A stretch of DNA of 63,107 bases, filler included, from Candidatus Babelota bacterium (GTDB lineage Bacteria; JAGOBX01): the NCBI GenBank assembly GCA_017999075.1. It is 12 parts of 12 records of this genome, joined end to end, with 100 filler letters (N's around TTAATTAATTAA, not from the genome) between each part and the next. Parts side by side here need not be neighbours in the genome. Positions count along the whole stretch, not along the records: positions 28,540 to 43,440 come from JAGOBX010000031.1; 11 more parts are not named here. The stretch is one strand, 5' to 3'. How positions within the stretch are numbered: position 1 is the first letter of the stretch; each line of letters begins with the position of its first letter. Below the pieces are notes generated by a model. It had not been told where the DNA came from. It did no database searches and saw only the letters and a program-made list of their open reading frames with translations. A program made the position numbers and the translations under genes. Below are positions 30,729-40,564 of the stretch, in pieces.

Positions 30729-33700
30729 TTATTTATCTGATTTTTTTTGATGATCTCCGTCTTGAGTTAATCCGGTAGAATTTTTGTTAAGCCATATTTC
30801 ATCAAATTCTTTCCATTTGATTTCTCCGTTTTCATCGTAGAAAGTACAGAAATCTATTTCTTCTCTGACTTTGTAAGTTAAATTTCTTATATTTATTTCT
30901 ATGTTCGTGAAAATTTTTTCTTTTGCAAATATATAACCCTTTTTATTTTCTCTTAACTTGACCTGAAGACGCTGCAGCTGGTTTGTAAGTTCTCTGAGTT
31001 CAAGAGACATTTTTTGATACCGCTCGGTAAGTTTTTTTAACAAGTCTTTTTTTTCATTTGATACTGAGGCTTCGTTACCTTTAACTTCATTTACCAGTCT
31101 TTGTAAATTTAATCTGGTTTGCATGTATTCGTTTTTTAAAAAATTCAGTTTTTCCTGGACTATTTCAAGTTCTTTTTTCACATAAGGATCATAGCCTACT
31201 TCGATAGTTGTTGCAGTTGCAACTTTTGATCCTATGTTTTTACAGGCAATAACAGTTCCTGCCCGATATTTTCCGCCGCAAATTAATCCTTTTTTCCCTT
31301 TCAAAACAATTAAATCATTTTTAGCAATAACATTAGAATGCATAATTGAATCAGTAATGATTATACTTCCTTCTGATTCTATGTTTGCCTGTTCTATAAA
31401 TTTGGCATAAACGTTTCCTTTTGCCCGTATGATTGCTGAACCTTTGCCCTGCACTCCTGCTTTTATATTTATAGTTCCTTCCGCTATTAATTCAGCAGCT
31501 TCTACAGCGTTTACTATTATATCTCCGGTTGCTTCTACTTTAAATCCGTCTTTTACAGCTCCTTTTATAATTACTGTACCGAGAGAAGAAATATTGCCTG
31601 TGTTATAATCAACATCTCCGTTTATCTGATAAACATCTTCGACTTTAATAACATTATTGTCGAACATTACCCATCCTTCAATTTCCGCAAAAAATTTTAA
31701 TCCGTCATCGGATATCCTTACGTTTTTACCGGGTTTAATCGGGATTTCAGGCGGCGGCGGAACAGGAATATCGTTTCCAAAAACATCTTTACCGGATTCT
31801 CCGGGAATACCTTTCTGAATTACAGCCAGCATTTGGCCTTCTATTACATTTACTATGGATGATATGGATTTGAAATCGATTTTTTCATCGCCGATCTCAT
31901 TTTTATTTGCAGTGTTTTCAAATTTTAATTCTACTTTTGGAGGCACAGGCTGACTTACAGGTTTTCCCTGCGCAACTTTAATTTTATATTCTTTACTATT
32001 TTGTTTTGAAAATGATTCGATAACTTCTTTTGTGGAAATATTTTTAATATCACGCTGCTGTAAATCATGTTCGATTTCAACTATGTTAGGATACACCCCT
32101 CCTTTTTTAGGTGGAATTATTTTTATGTAAGCTTCGAGTTTATCAGGGGATATTTCTATATCAAATTTTCCGTCCAGTTCAAGTTCCGGCTGCCGCGGTC
32201 CTATTTTTTTTAATTCTCCTTCCTGATTTTTTACAATTTCTTCGATTTTTTTTCTGTCAATGTCTCTGTGATATTTTTTTGTTTCAAGCATTGAATGTAT
32301 ATCTTCAATCTCTACAGTTTTTCCGGTCCCCTGTGGTTTTGTTACGCTCAGCATTAATCCGTCAACAGTATTTTTTAATTCGATTTTTCCATCAACAGGT
32401 TTTTCGTCGATCTGCATTACTTTTTTTGATTTTTTTCTTGTTACTTCTAGTATATAATCTTTTTTTCCAAATCCCAAAACTCCTTTTGATCCTTCCTGAA
32501 CAATTTTATATTCAAGTTCTGATGGAGGCAAACCCAGACTTTTTCCTGCTTTTTCAAGACATTCTTCTATAGTTGAACTAAGCACCTGTATCTTTTCTAT
32601 TGATACAACCTGCATAGCTTTTTTTCTTACTGCCGCAGGATTTTCCCCTTGTTTAACTTCGAAAAATGCTATTTTATAGTCGTTGTCAGTTTTATTTATA
32701 GTGATACTTGTCATTTTTTCTTTTGGCAAGTCAAGATAGTAACCTGCTTTTTCAGATAATTCATTCAGAGTCTTGCCTTCGCCGATAAAACTTCTTCTTA
32801 TTTTTTTGTAATCGACAAAATTAATTTTGTTCTGGTCAAGATCAACCTTTTCAGAAAAATTTAAAGAAAGAGGTTTCCTTGAAAGTTTTTCCGCAATTAC
32901 AGCATTATCTTTAAGAATAAATGAAACTTTATGCATTTCTTTTTGAACGTTATAAAGCTGTTTGTTTAAATAAATATTGATTCCAGGATAAATTTTTTCT
33001 TCCACATTGATTCTTGAATCTTTTCGTTCTGCTATTTTTTCTTCTGTTTTTTTTATCATATCAAGAATTTTTTTTTCTTCTTCTTTTAAATTGTTTTTTT
33101 CTTCTTTTCCATCGTCCAAATCTTTTTGTTCGGTTTCAGTTAACTGCCCGTTAGCTTTTTTTACTACGAAAGAACTTAATTTTTTATCCAGATCAACAGA
33201 TCTGTTTTTTATGTATACAAGCCGTTCCTGGCCTTTTTCAAGTTCGTCTTTTTCATCTCCAAGAAGACCGGCTGTAATATTTGTTGTTGTAAAATTTTCA
33301 GAACCAAGCACCTTGCAGTTTAAAAAACTTCCTACCGAACACGACCCGCCGACTATTATTTGTTTTTTGCCTACTAATTCAATGCAGTTATTTGCTGAAA
33401 TATTACTGTTTACTATTGCTTCTTCAACAATAACATTGTTCCCTGCGCGTACATTTGAGTTTTCTATAAACCTTGAATAAACAGATTCTTTAGAAGTTAT
33501 TTTGCTTTTCCCATGAGAAGTAATTCCGTTCATAAAGTATATATTGCCTTCCGCATAAATGTCAACATCTCCGATGTTTTGTTCTATATATATATCGCCT
33601 TTTGAACGTATTTTTATTCCATTAGCCACTTTGCCTTTGATGTATACGGATTTATCATAATTAAGCTGACCGACACCGGCGGGTATTTCTTCATCTATAA

Positions 33701-34163
33701 TATCCATTTCTTCAACTGTCAGATATCTTCCGCGCCATGAAACAATTCCTTTAACAGTTGAATAAAACCTGGAAAAATCTTCTGTCATCACAACATTTTT
33801 TCCGGGATAATACACAACTGAATTATTTATAATTCTCTGCTGAACAAGCAATAACTGGCCGGGAAGCACAAATTCAAGCATTGCGATTTTTTTGAAGATT
33901 TCCGCCGGAGACGTTGTAAGAAGGTTGGAAGATAAACAATATGTTACGCTTTTTGACTCATCATTTTTATTTTCTTCAGAGTTCCCGTCTGAATCCTGTT
34001 TTTCTTTAGAAATTCCGCTTTTAGTTTTTTGTGGAGTTTGCTGATATATATTTTTTTTTGTGTTTCCTACTAAATCTTCAAGTTCTTTATCGATGTTATC
34101 AAATGTTTTATCCAGATCTTCAAAATTTAAATCATGGTCAGATATATTTACTTTATCGCTCAA
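30729..34163 (-). CDS. FapA/DUF342-family protein with two DUF342 regions and internal Jag_N-like domain(s)
   Basis: Two beta-helical blocks (IKGKVANGIKIRSKGDI and GDVDYNTGNI..LGTVIIKGAVKDGF), each with a coiled coil. TIEECLEKAGKSLG...IVQEGSKGVLGFGKK lies between them. Confidence 0.8.
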   Translation of the reverse strand: MSDKVNISDHDLNFEDLDKTFDNIDKELEDLVGNTKKNIYQQTPQKTKSGISKEKQDSDGNSEENKNDESKSVTYCLSSNLLTTSPAEIFKKIAMLEFVLPGQLLLVQQRIINNSVVYYPGKNVVMTEDFSRFYSTVKGIVSWRGRYLTVEEMDIIDEEIPAGVGQLNYDKSVYIKGKVANGIKIRSKGDIYIEQNIGDVDIYAEGNIYFMNGITSHGKSKITSKESVYSRFIENSNVRAGNNVIVEEAIVNSNISANNCIELVGKKQIIVGGSCSVGSFLNCKVLGSENFTTTNITAGLLGDEKDELEKGQERLVYIKNRSVDLDKKLSSFVVKKANGQLTETEQKDLDDGKEEKNNLKEEEKKILDMIKKTEEKIAERKDSRINVEEKIYPGINIYLNKQLYNVQKEMHKVSFILKDNAVIAEKLSRKPLSLNFSEKVDLDQNKINFVDYKKIRRSFIGEGKTLNELSEKAGYYLDLPKEKMTSITINKTDNDYKIAFFEVKQGENPAAVRKKAMQVVSIEKIQVLSSTIEECLEKAGKSLGLPPSELEYKIVQEGSKGVLGFGKKDYILEVTRKKSKKVMQIDEKPVDGKIELKNTVDGLMLSVTKPQGTGKTVEIEDIHSMLETKKYHRDIDRKKIEEIVKNQEGELKKIGPRQPELELDGKFDIEISPDKLEAYIKIIPPKKGGVYPNIVEIEHDLQQRDIKNISTKEVIESFSKQNSKEYKIKVAQGKPVSQPVPPKVELKFENTANKNEIGDEKIDFKSISSIVNVIEGQMLAVIQKGIPGESGKDVFGNDIPVPPPPEIPIKPGKNVRISDDGLKFFAEIEGWVMFDNNVIKVEDVYQINGDVDYNTGNISSLGTVIIKGAVKDGFKVEATGDIIVNAVEAAELIAEGTINIKAGVQGKGSAIIRAKGNVYAKFIEQANIESEGSIIITDSIMHSNVIAKNDLIVLKGKKGLICGGKYRAGTVIACKNIGSKVATATTIEVGYDPYVKKELEIVQEKLNFLKNEYMQTRLNLQRLVNEVKGNEASVSNEKKDLLKKLTERYQKMSLELRELTNQLQRLQVKLRENKKGYIFAKEKIFTNIEINIRNLTYKVREEIDFCTFYDENGEIKWKEFDEIWLNKNSTGLTQDGDHQKKSDK

Positions 34164-34244
34164 TTTTTATACTCCTGTACATAAAATTTTGTTAAAAAAT
34201 TTATTTTAATTAACTTGTTTTAATGATTTTGATATTTTTATAAA

Positions 34245-34553
34245 TCATTTTGCGTTTTCTATTTCAGATGAATTTATATATATATTAAACACTGTATTTA
34301 AACGCGTAATATTGAATATCTGCGTGATTTCTTTGTTAGTTTCAGGTATTAATAATTTTATGTCGCCTTCGTTAAGTCGTGCTTTTTTCAGAGCGGATAT
34401 CAGGATTCCGAGACCTGAACTGCATATAAGATTTATTTTTGTGAAATCAATTACTATATTAAAGTCAGATTTGTTAAAAGATTTTTCTATTTTTGATTTG
34501 AAATCTTCGATATTTGATGAACTGATGTTTTCTTCAAGTTTGATTAAATTCAT
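34245..34553 (-). CDS. STAS-domain anti-sigma factor antagonist
   Basis: IDFTKINLICSSGLGILI, IFNITRL. Confidence 0.88.
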   Translation of the reverse strand: MNLIKLEENISSSNIEDFKSKIEKSFNKSDFNIVIDFTKINLICSSGLGILISALKKARLNEGDIKLLIPETNKEITQIFNITRLNTVFNIYINSSEIENAK

Positions 34554-34568
34554 TTTAAATATCCCCCA

Positions 34569-35393
34569 TTATAAAAAATACTTAATTATTTCTACACGTC
34601 TTCCATTTAAATAGAAGTTTAACTCATCAAAATATATTTTTGTTAAATATATCCCTCTGCCTGATTCTTTAAAAATAAATTCGTTGTCTGTAGGATCAGG
34701 CAGATTTTTGTAATCGAACCCTTCTCCGTTGTCCGTAACAATCATTTGAAATTTATCCGGCTCTATAGATAGAACAATATTAACCTTCTTTTTTTCGTCA
34801 TTTTTATTTCCATGAACTATCGCGTTTAAAATTATTTCATTTGCAGCCAGCATGATTGAATTTAAAATATCTGTTTTTTCAGGATGAATGATTCTGAAAA
34901 TTTCGGTTATATTATAACAGACAGCTCCAACTAAAGATACTCTTGAATCAATATCAATTGAATAACGTAACGCTGAACCTTTTAATATTTTAATCCTGTT
35001 TTCATAATTAATTCTTATAGGTTTTATTTTATTAATCTCGGCAGTTAAATCGTCTACGTCAAAAGGTTCAATGAAAAATGAAACTGCTCCGTTTTTCAAT
35101 ATTTGTTTTATCAATTTGACTTCAAAACTCTTTAAGATTACTATTAAAGGAATATATAAACAATTTTTGCTGATATATTTTATTAAATCGTCGCTTTCAT
35201 AATGATTGTCCGAAATATAATTCAGTTCTGATATTATCAGATCTATATTTTCGTTTTTTAGTATGTCGAAAGACTGGTTTAAATCATTTGCTATAAACGG
35301 TATTGCGTTATTCTGAAGAATATACGCGCTTAGAAAATTTATAAGTTTTGATTTATTGGACGTTATTAAAATATTTTTTCCTGATATATTCAT
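34569..35393 (-). CDS. Pseudo-receiver plus RsbW-like HATPase (anti-sigma factor/serine kinase)
   Basis: EIILNAIVHGN, DNGEGFD, SGRGIYL. The N-terminal receiver-like fold has DLIISE in place of the Asp. Confidence 0.8.
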   Translation of the reverse strand: MNISGKNILITSNKSKLINFLSAYILQNNAIPFIANDLNQSFDILKNENIDLIISELNYISDNHYESDDLIKYISKNCLYIPLIVILKSFEVKLIKQILKNGAVSFFIEPFDVDDLTAEINKIKPIRINYENRIKILKGSALRYSIDIDSRVSLVGAVCYNITEIFRIIHPEKTDILNSIMLAANEIILNAIVHGNKNDEKKKVNIVLSIEPDKFQMIVTDNGEGFDYKNLPDPTDNEFIFKESGRGIYLTKIYFDELNFYLNGRRVEIIKYFL

Positions 35394-35397
35394 TTTT

Positions 35398-36540
35398 TTA
35401 TAACCGTGATTTATTTACATATTGAATAATTTCATTTCCTATTTCCCATATAGGAGCAATTTTATCAGCAAGGTTTTCTTTAACTACTACTCCAGGCATT
35501 CCGAATACTACTGCGGATTCTTCAGATTCTGCCATTATATACGCACCTTGTTTTTTTAGTTCCCGTATAGCCAGCAATCCGTCATTTCCCATCCCTGTCA
35601 TTATTACACACATAATATTTTCAGGTTTAAAAACTTTGGCAGCGGCAAAATACATATCATTTACAGCAGGTTTGAATAAATCATCTTGTTTTGGCATTCT
35701 GTGTTTAACAATTATATTGTTATTATGTTTTTGAAAATCTATCTGATATCCTGCCTGAGCAACAATTCCCAATCCGGGTTTCACAACATCTCCATCTTGA
35801 GATTCTTTTACTTGAATTTTAGACAAATTATTCAATCTGTCAGCAAGCGATTTTGTGAATCCTACCGGCATATGCTGAACAACAATTATCCCGACAGGAA
35901 AATCTGAAGGTATTTTTTCAAAAACATTCTGTAATGCAGGAGGTCCTCCTGTAGAAGTGCCGATAAGACATATTTCAATCCGGTTCGATTTATGTTTTTC
36001 AGGATATGATGATACCTTTGCCTGTTCTTTAACAATCTGCCGAACAGCAGGTGTTTTTGCATCCGGAATTTGTAGCGTCGATTCTTTTTGTAAACTTTTT
36101 TCGAGTTCAACTTTTTGTTTTATAACGCTAAGTTTAGATAAATTTATTCTGGCTGCAGTCTTTATTTTTGAATGAATTTCATATCTCAGCCTTTCAATGC
36201 TTTCAAGTTCTGCTTTGGAGGGTTTTGTAATAAAATCTACGGCGCCGATATCCATGGCTTCAAGAGTTACATCGGCTCCTTCTGTAGTAATTGAACTGAA
36301 CATTATGACCGGTATTTTTTTAGGCAGAGCCATTATTCGTTTTAAACATTCTATTCCGTCCATATTGGGCATCTGAACATCAAGCATTATTACATTAGGC
36401 TGAAATAACGGTATTTTTGACATTGCATCAATTCCGTCGCGCGCTGTTCCGCAAACAACTATTTCTTCAGATTCAATAATTTTTGTTAATGTAACGCGCA
36501 TAAACGCTGAATCGTCAACTATTAAAACTCTTATTTTCAT
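35398..36540 (-). CDS. cheB: Chemotaxis methylesterase CheB
   Basis: Receiver (VDDSAFMR, LDVQMP), GTSTGGP, QHMP, TGMGNDG. Confidence 0.96.
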   Translation of the reverse strand: MKIRVLIVDDSAFMRVTLTKIIESEEIVVCGTARDGIDAMSKIPLFQPNVIMLDVQMPNMDGIECLKRIMALPKKIPVIMFSSITTEGADVTLEAMDIGAVDFITKPSKAELESIERLRYEIHSKIKTAARINLSKLSVIKQKVELEKSLQKESTLQIPDAKTPAVRQIVKEQAKVSSYPEKHKSNRIEICLIGTSTGGPPALQNVFEKIPSDFPVGIIVVQHMPVGFTKSLADRLNNLSKIQVKESQDGDVVKPGLGIVAQAGYQIDFQKHNNNIIVKHRMPKQDDLFKPAVNDMYFAAAKVFKPENIMCVIMTGMGNDGLLAIRELKKQGAYIMAESEESAVVFGMPGVVVKENLADKIAPIWEIGNEIIQYVNKSRL

Positions 36541-36554
36541 ATAGAATCCTCAAA

Positions 36555-37394
36555 TTATTTTTTTATATAACCTAATCCGTTTTTAAACTGTTTCATTTCG
36601 AATGCAACAGAAAATTTAAACAGCGATTCAGAATGACCTAAAAAAAGTACTCCGCTTTGATTTAAACTTTTATACATACTGTTTACAACTCTTTTTTTTA
36701 TGGAATCTTCAAAATATATTAAAACATTACGGCAGAATATAACGTCTACATTTTTATATTTCATATATCCAAAATCATCAAGCAGATTGAATCGTTCAAA
36801 TTTCACCTTTGATTTTATCTTGTCGACAAGCTGATATTCGGAACCTGTTTTTACAAAGTATTTGTCAAGATATGTTTTATTGGCAGTTCGAAAAGAAAAT
36901 TGTGAATAAACTGCTTTTTTTGCCAATTCAAGAACTTTTAGAGAAATGTCTGTTCCAATGATTTCGTATGTTATATCAGGCCGTATCAGATTATTTTCTA
37001 AAAGTTCAATGGCGATTGTATATGCTTCTTCTCCTGAAGAAGATGCGGCAGACCAAATTTTTATATATTTTTTGTTATTTCTGATTAATTCGGGAATTAC
37101 TTCATCAATTAAAATTTTTATTTGACCTGTTTCCCTGAAAAAATAAGTTTCATTTGTTGTTAGTATATCTGTAATATTATCGAATTCAGCTAACCGCTTA
37201 GGATCATATTTTAAATAATAATAGTATTCCTTAAAATTTGTAAAATTCAATTTTTTCAGACGGGGAGATAGCCTGTTCTCAAGAATATATTTCTTTGAAA
37301 TATCATAATGCAGCCCGCAGAATTCATTAATAGTATCGCTGAGTAATTTGAATTCTTCATCTGTAATATTAATTTTACTGTTGATTTCGAACAT
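36555..37394 (-). CDS. cheR: Chemotaxis methyltransferase CheR
   Basis: TTNETYFFRE, IWSAASSSGEEAY, IFCRNVLIYF, LGHSES. Confidence 0.96.
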   Translation of the reverse strand: MFEINSKINITDEEFKLLSDTINEFCGLHYDISKKYILENRLSPRLKKLNFTNFKEYYYYLKYDPKRLAEFDNITDILTTNETYFFRETGQIKILIDEVIPELIRNNKKYIKIWSAASSSGEEAYTIAIELLENNLIRPDITYEIIGTDISLKVLELAKKAVYSQFSFRTANKTYLDKYFVKTGSEYQLVDKIKSKVKFERFNLLDDFGYMKYKNVDVIFCRNVLIYFEDSIKKRVVNSMYKSLNQSGVLFLGHSESLFKFSVAFEMKQFKNGLGYIKK

Positions 37395-37427
37395 TTTATT
37401 TCCTGAACATATATAAATATATTATAC

Positions 37428-39920
37428 TTATACTTTTAAATTTTTTAAATTAGTTAACACCTTTTTTGCTGTTTTGATTATATTTTTATCCGGATAAGCA
37501 ATAGGGTACAAGGCTGTTAAAAATTTTTTCCGTTTTAGATTATCCATACATATAATTATTTCATATTTTACCGGAATAGAAACATGATTTATTGTTTTTA
37601 TTAGAAAATCGTCGAACATATCTGATTTGAGATTTGCAATTAATTTGATTATTATCAATTGTATTTCTTCTGCAATTTCTGTGAAATTTTGGCAAAAATT
37701 CATCAGGTATTCAGCAGGAAATTTAAGTAGAGAATGAAAAATATGTTCTGAAAATTCTTTATTTAAAGAATTTTCCATTAAAAAATTAAAACTTTTTTTG
37801 TTTTTCATGTTACCCATATTTTTAAAAATTGTTGAACATATCAGGTGATCGGACTGATTTTGTGCAAATAGATTTATTAATATTTCAGTATGAGTTTCTT
37901 TGCCCAACAAGCTTAATGCTTCAATTGCTGCAGTTTTTATGCGCCAATTGCTGTCGTAATTAAGCATATCAATAAAATTATTTATGCATTCATTATAATT
38001 TTGAACTATACAGTATTTTATTGTTTCTACTCTTACGTCCAAATCATCGTCTTTCAATAATTTCAGAACAATGTCTAATGGTATTTTCTGATTTATTTTT
38101 GATATTGCAGATAATGCGGAAATTTTAACGATTCCAATAGGATCGTCTAAAAGTTTTATTAAATTTTGCGTTATTGACGAATCTCCTATTTCGCCCAATG
38201 TTCTCAGAGTGAAATATTTTATCCACATATTATCGTCATTTAAAAGATTCAATAATATGGGAATTATTTTTTTGTCATTAATTCTCGTTAGAGCAGTTAC
38301 TATATGTTCTTTTATTTCGTTATCAGGTTCATTCAAAAATTTTACTATCAGATCAATCCCTGTTTTGTCGCTTATATAACTTATCGCGTCAATATAAGCA
38401 ATTTTAATTTCTTTCGACTCGAATACATCAACTTCTTTAAGAATTGAAATATTGGCAGGATCTCCTATGTATCCAAGAGTTTTTATACATCCCTTTTTTG
38501 TATACAAATTATTTGATTTAATATTTGTTTTACAATATTCTATAACTTCATTATTTCCTATAATACTTAATGCGCCGACTGCTGCAGAATGCAGAGATTC
38601 ATTATCGCTATTTAAAAATTTTACAATCAATCCAACCGAACTTTCGCAGCGCAGCCATCCTAAAGAATAAATTATTTGTTCTTCTATTTCTTTTGAATCA
38701 GGGCTTTTTAACAGATTCATTAAAAATTCAGATTCTTTTTCTGAACCTATAATTCCAAGAATTTCTATTATAACGCGTTTAATGGTTAAAGATTCGGTTT
38801 TATGAAATTCTTTTATAATGTCAGATATAATAGAATACCCTATTCTTATAAGCATTTCACGGATTTTATCTTTGAAATCAGGATCTTCAATTAAAATTAT
38901 AAGTTCGTGGGTCAATTTTATATTATCAATCCATCCTAAAATTTGAAGAGCATCATTTTTTAATGACATATCCGTAGTTTTTAAAATGGATATTAATTGT
39001 TCGTACCGTTCGTATTTTTTAAAAAATTGACGGCAGATCCCTTTAATAAGTTCGTAATTGTTTTTATCTTCGCCTGATTTTGATGATTTTTTGTAGATGT
39101 TTGCTATTGCAGCAACAATTTTGGAATTTACTTCTTCGTCAGTATCAAAATATTCAAGTATAGAATTTATTGATATATCAGCTCCTATGTTGCCGAGCGC
39201 ATCAATGCATAATCCTCTGATCATTTCGTCTTCAAGAAAAGACATTAGCTGAGGACAGGCTTTCATAGAACCTATTTTACCAAGGGATTCTATTAATATT
39301 ATTTTTAAATAGATGTCTTCCACATCCAGCATTGACAACATGATATCAACTGATTTTTCGGAACCTATATTTCCTAAAGCTTCAATTATCGCATATTTTA
39401 CGTTCATATTATTTTCAACGCTCAAACGCCGTATTAAATCTTTTAAAGATATTGGAGATTTAATGAAGCCCAGTATGTTTGCCGACAGTATTCTTGCGTC
39501 AGGATCGCTGTCTGATAAATACGGAAGAACATATGGTATTGATTTTTTTCCGAAATGTATAAGCGCATCAATTGCAGTTGAATGAACGTCAATATGAGAA
39601 TCTTTGATTATTTTACTTAACACCGGAAGACATAACGGATTATTTATTTTTTTGAATGCTTCAACTATGCTTTTTCTCAACCGCCAATTTTCAGATTCTA
39701 TTTGTTTTGCAAGGTTCTCTATAACTCTGTTAATAATTGTGTGTTTATTTTCATCCGGCAAAACATTGGTTTTATCGTCTGTTTCTGTTTCTGCTGAAAA
39801 ATCATTCCCGGCATTGTCCTCCGCAGAAGCGCAAAGTTCTCCTATCATATCTATTGCCTGGCGTCTTATTTCTTCATCTTCGGATTTTAAATTTTTTATA
39901 AAAATATCAAGTTCTTTCAT
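37428..39920 (-). CDS. HEAT/PBS-lyase repeat protein
   Basis: Many ~31-aa repeats (EALGNIG, ESLGKIG, DALGNIG, RTLGEIG). Confidence 0.88.
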   Translation of the reverse strand: MKELDIFIKNLKSEDEEIRRQAIDMIGELCASAEDNAGNDFSAETETDDKTNVLPDENKHTIINRVIENLAKQIESENWRLRKSIVEAFKKINNPLCLPVLSKIIKDSHIDVHSTAIDALIHFGKKSIPYVLPYLSDSDPDARILSANILGFIKSPISLKDLIRRLSVENNMNVKYAIIEALGNIGSEKSVDIMLSMLDVEDIYLKIILIESLGKIGSMKACPQLMSFLEDEMIRGLCIDALGNIGADISINSILEYFDTDEEVNSKIVAAIANIYKKSSKSGEDKNNYELIKGICRQFFKKYERYEQLISILKTTDMSLKNDALQILGWIDNIKLTHELIILIEDPDFKDKIREMLIRIGYSIISDIIKEFHKTESLTIKRVIIEILGIIGSEKESEFLMNLLKSPDSKEIEEQIIYSLGWLRCESSVGLIVKFLNSDNESLHSAAVGALSIIGNNEVIEYCKTNIKSNNLYTKKGCIKTLGYIGDPANISILKEVDVFESKEIKIAYIDAISYISDKTGIDLIVKFLNEPDNEIKEHIVTALTRINDKKIIPILLNLLNDDNMWIKYFTLRTLGEIGDSSITQNLIKLLDDPIGIVKISALSAISKINQKIPLDIVLKLLKDDDLDVRVETIKYCIVQNYNECINNFIDMLNYDSNWRIKTAAIEALSLLGKETHTEILINLFAQNQSDHLICSTIFKNMGNMKNKKSFNFLMENSLNKEFSEHIFHSLLKFPAEYLMNFCQNFTEIAEEIQLIIIKLIANLKSDMFDDFLIKTINHVSIPVKYEIIICMDNLKRKKFLTALYPIAYPDKNIIKTAKKVLTNLKNLKV

Positions 39921-40027
39921 TTTCTGCCCTTAAAAAAATATAATTTTTTAAATCAATTTTTATGAATTGCCGGATAGTTTCCGCCGATGATAAATTATGC
40001 GGATCACCAATCAGCAAAATATTAATT

Positions 40028-40540
40028 TTATAAGGATAATTTCTCCAGTTCTTTTTCAGAAAGCAATTTTTCAATATTCAACAATATAATCAATCTATCA
40101 TTAATTCTTGCGACTCCTTCTATATAATTCTGAGAAATTCCTGAAACTATAGACGGCGTAGGATCAATTAAATTTAATGGAATAGATATTACTTCTTTTA
40201 CCTTATCAACTTGAAAACCTATTACTTTTTTTTCGATTTCAACAACTATAAACCTTATGTCTTTGGGATTTTCCTGATATTTAATTGAAAATTTTTTTTT
40301 CAAATCAACAACAGGCACTACTTTCCCTCGCAGATTCACAACGCCCTTTACAAAATCAAGAGATAACGGAACAGGCGTTATTTTAGTTGATTTTATTATT
40401 TCAATTATAAGCATAATATCTATTGCATATTCTTCTTTGCCGATATTGAAAGTTACAACATGTTTTGAATTTTCTTCTTTTTTTTCTGTGTTTTTGTTAT
40501 TTGCAATTTCATTTTTTTTTGTTAATAATTGAGTTTCCAT
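40028..40540 (-). CDS. cheW: Chemotaxis protein CheW
   Basis: ITPVP..FVKGVVNLRGKVVPVVDL. Confidence 0.95.
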   Translation of the reverse strand: METQLLTKKNEIANNKNTEKKEENSKHVVTFNIGKEEYAIDIMLIIEIIKSTKITPVPLSLDFVKGVVNLRGKVVPVVDLKKKFSIKYQENPKDIRFIVVEIEKKVIGFQVDKVKEVISIPLNLIDPTPSIVSGISQNYIEGVARINDRLIILLNIEKLLSEKELEKLSL

Positions 40541-40564
40541 TTTTTTGATTTCCTCCGGATGAAC

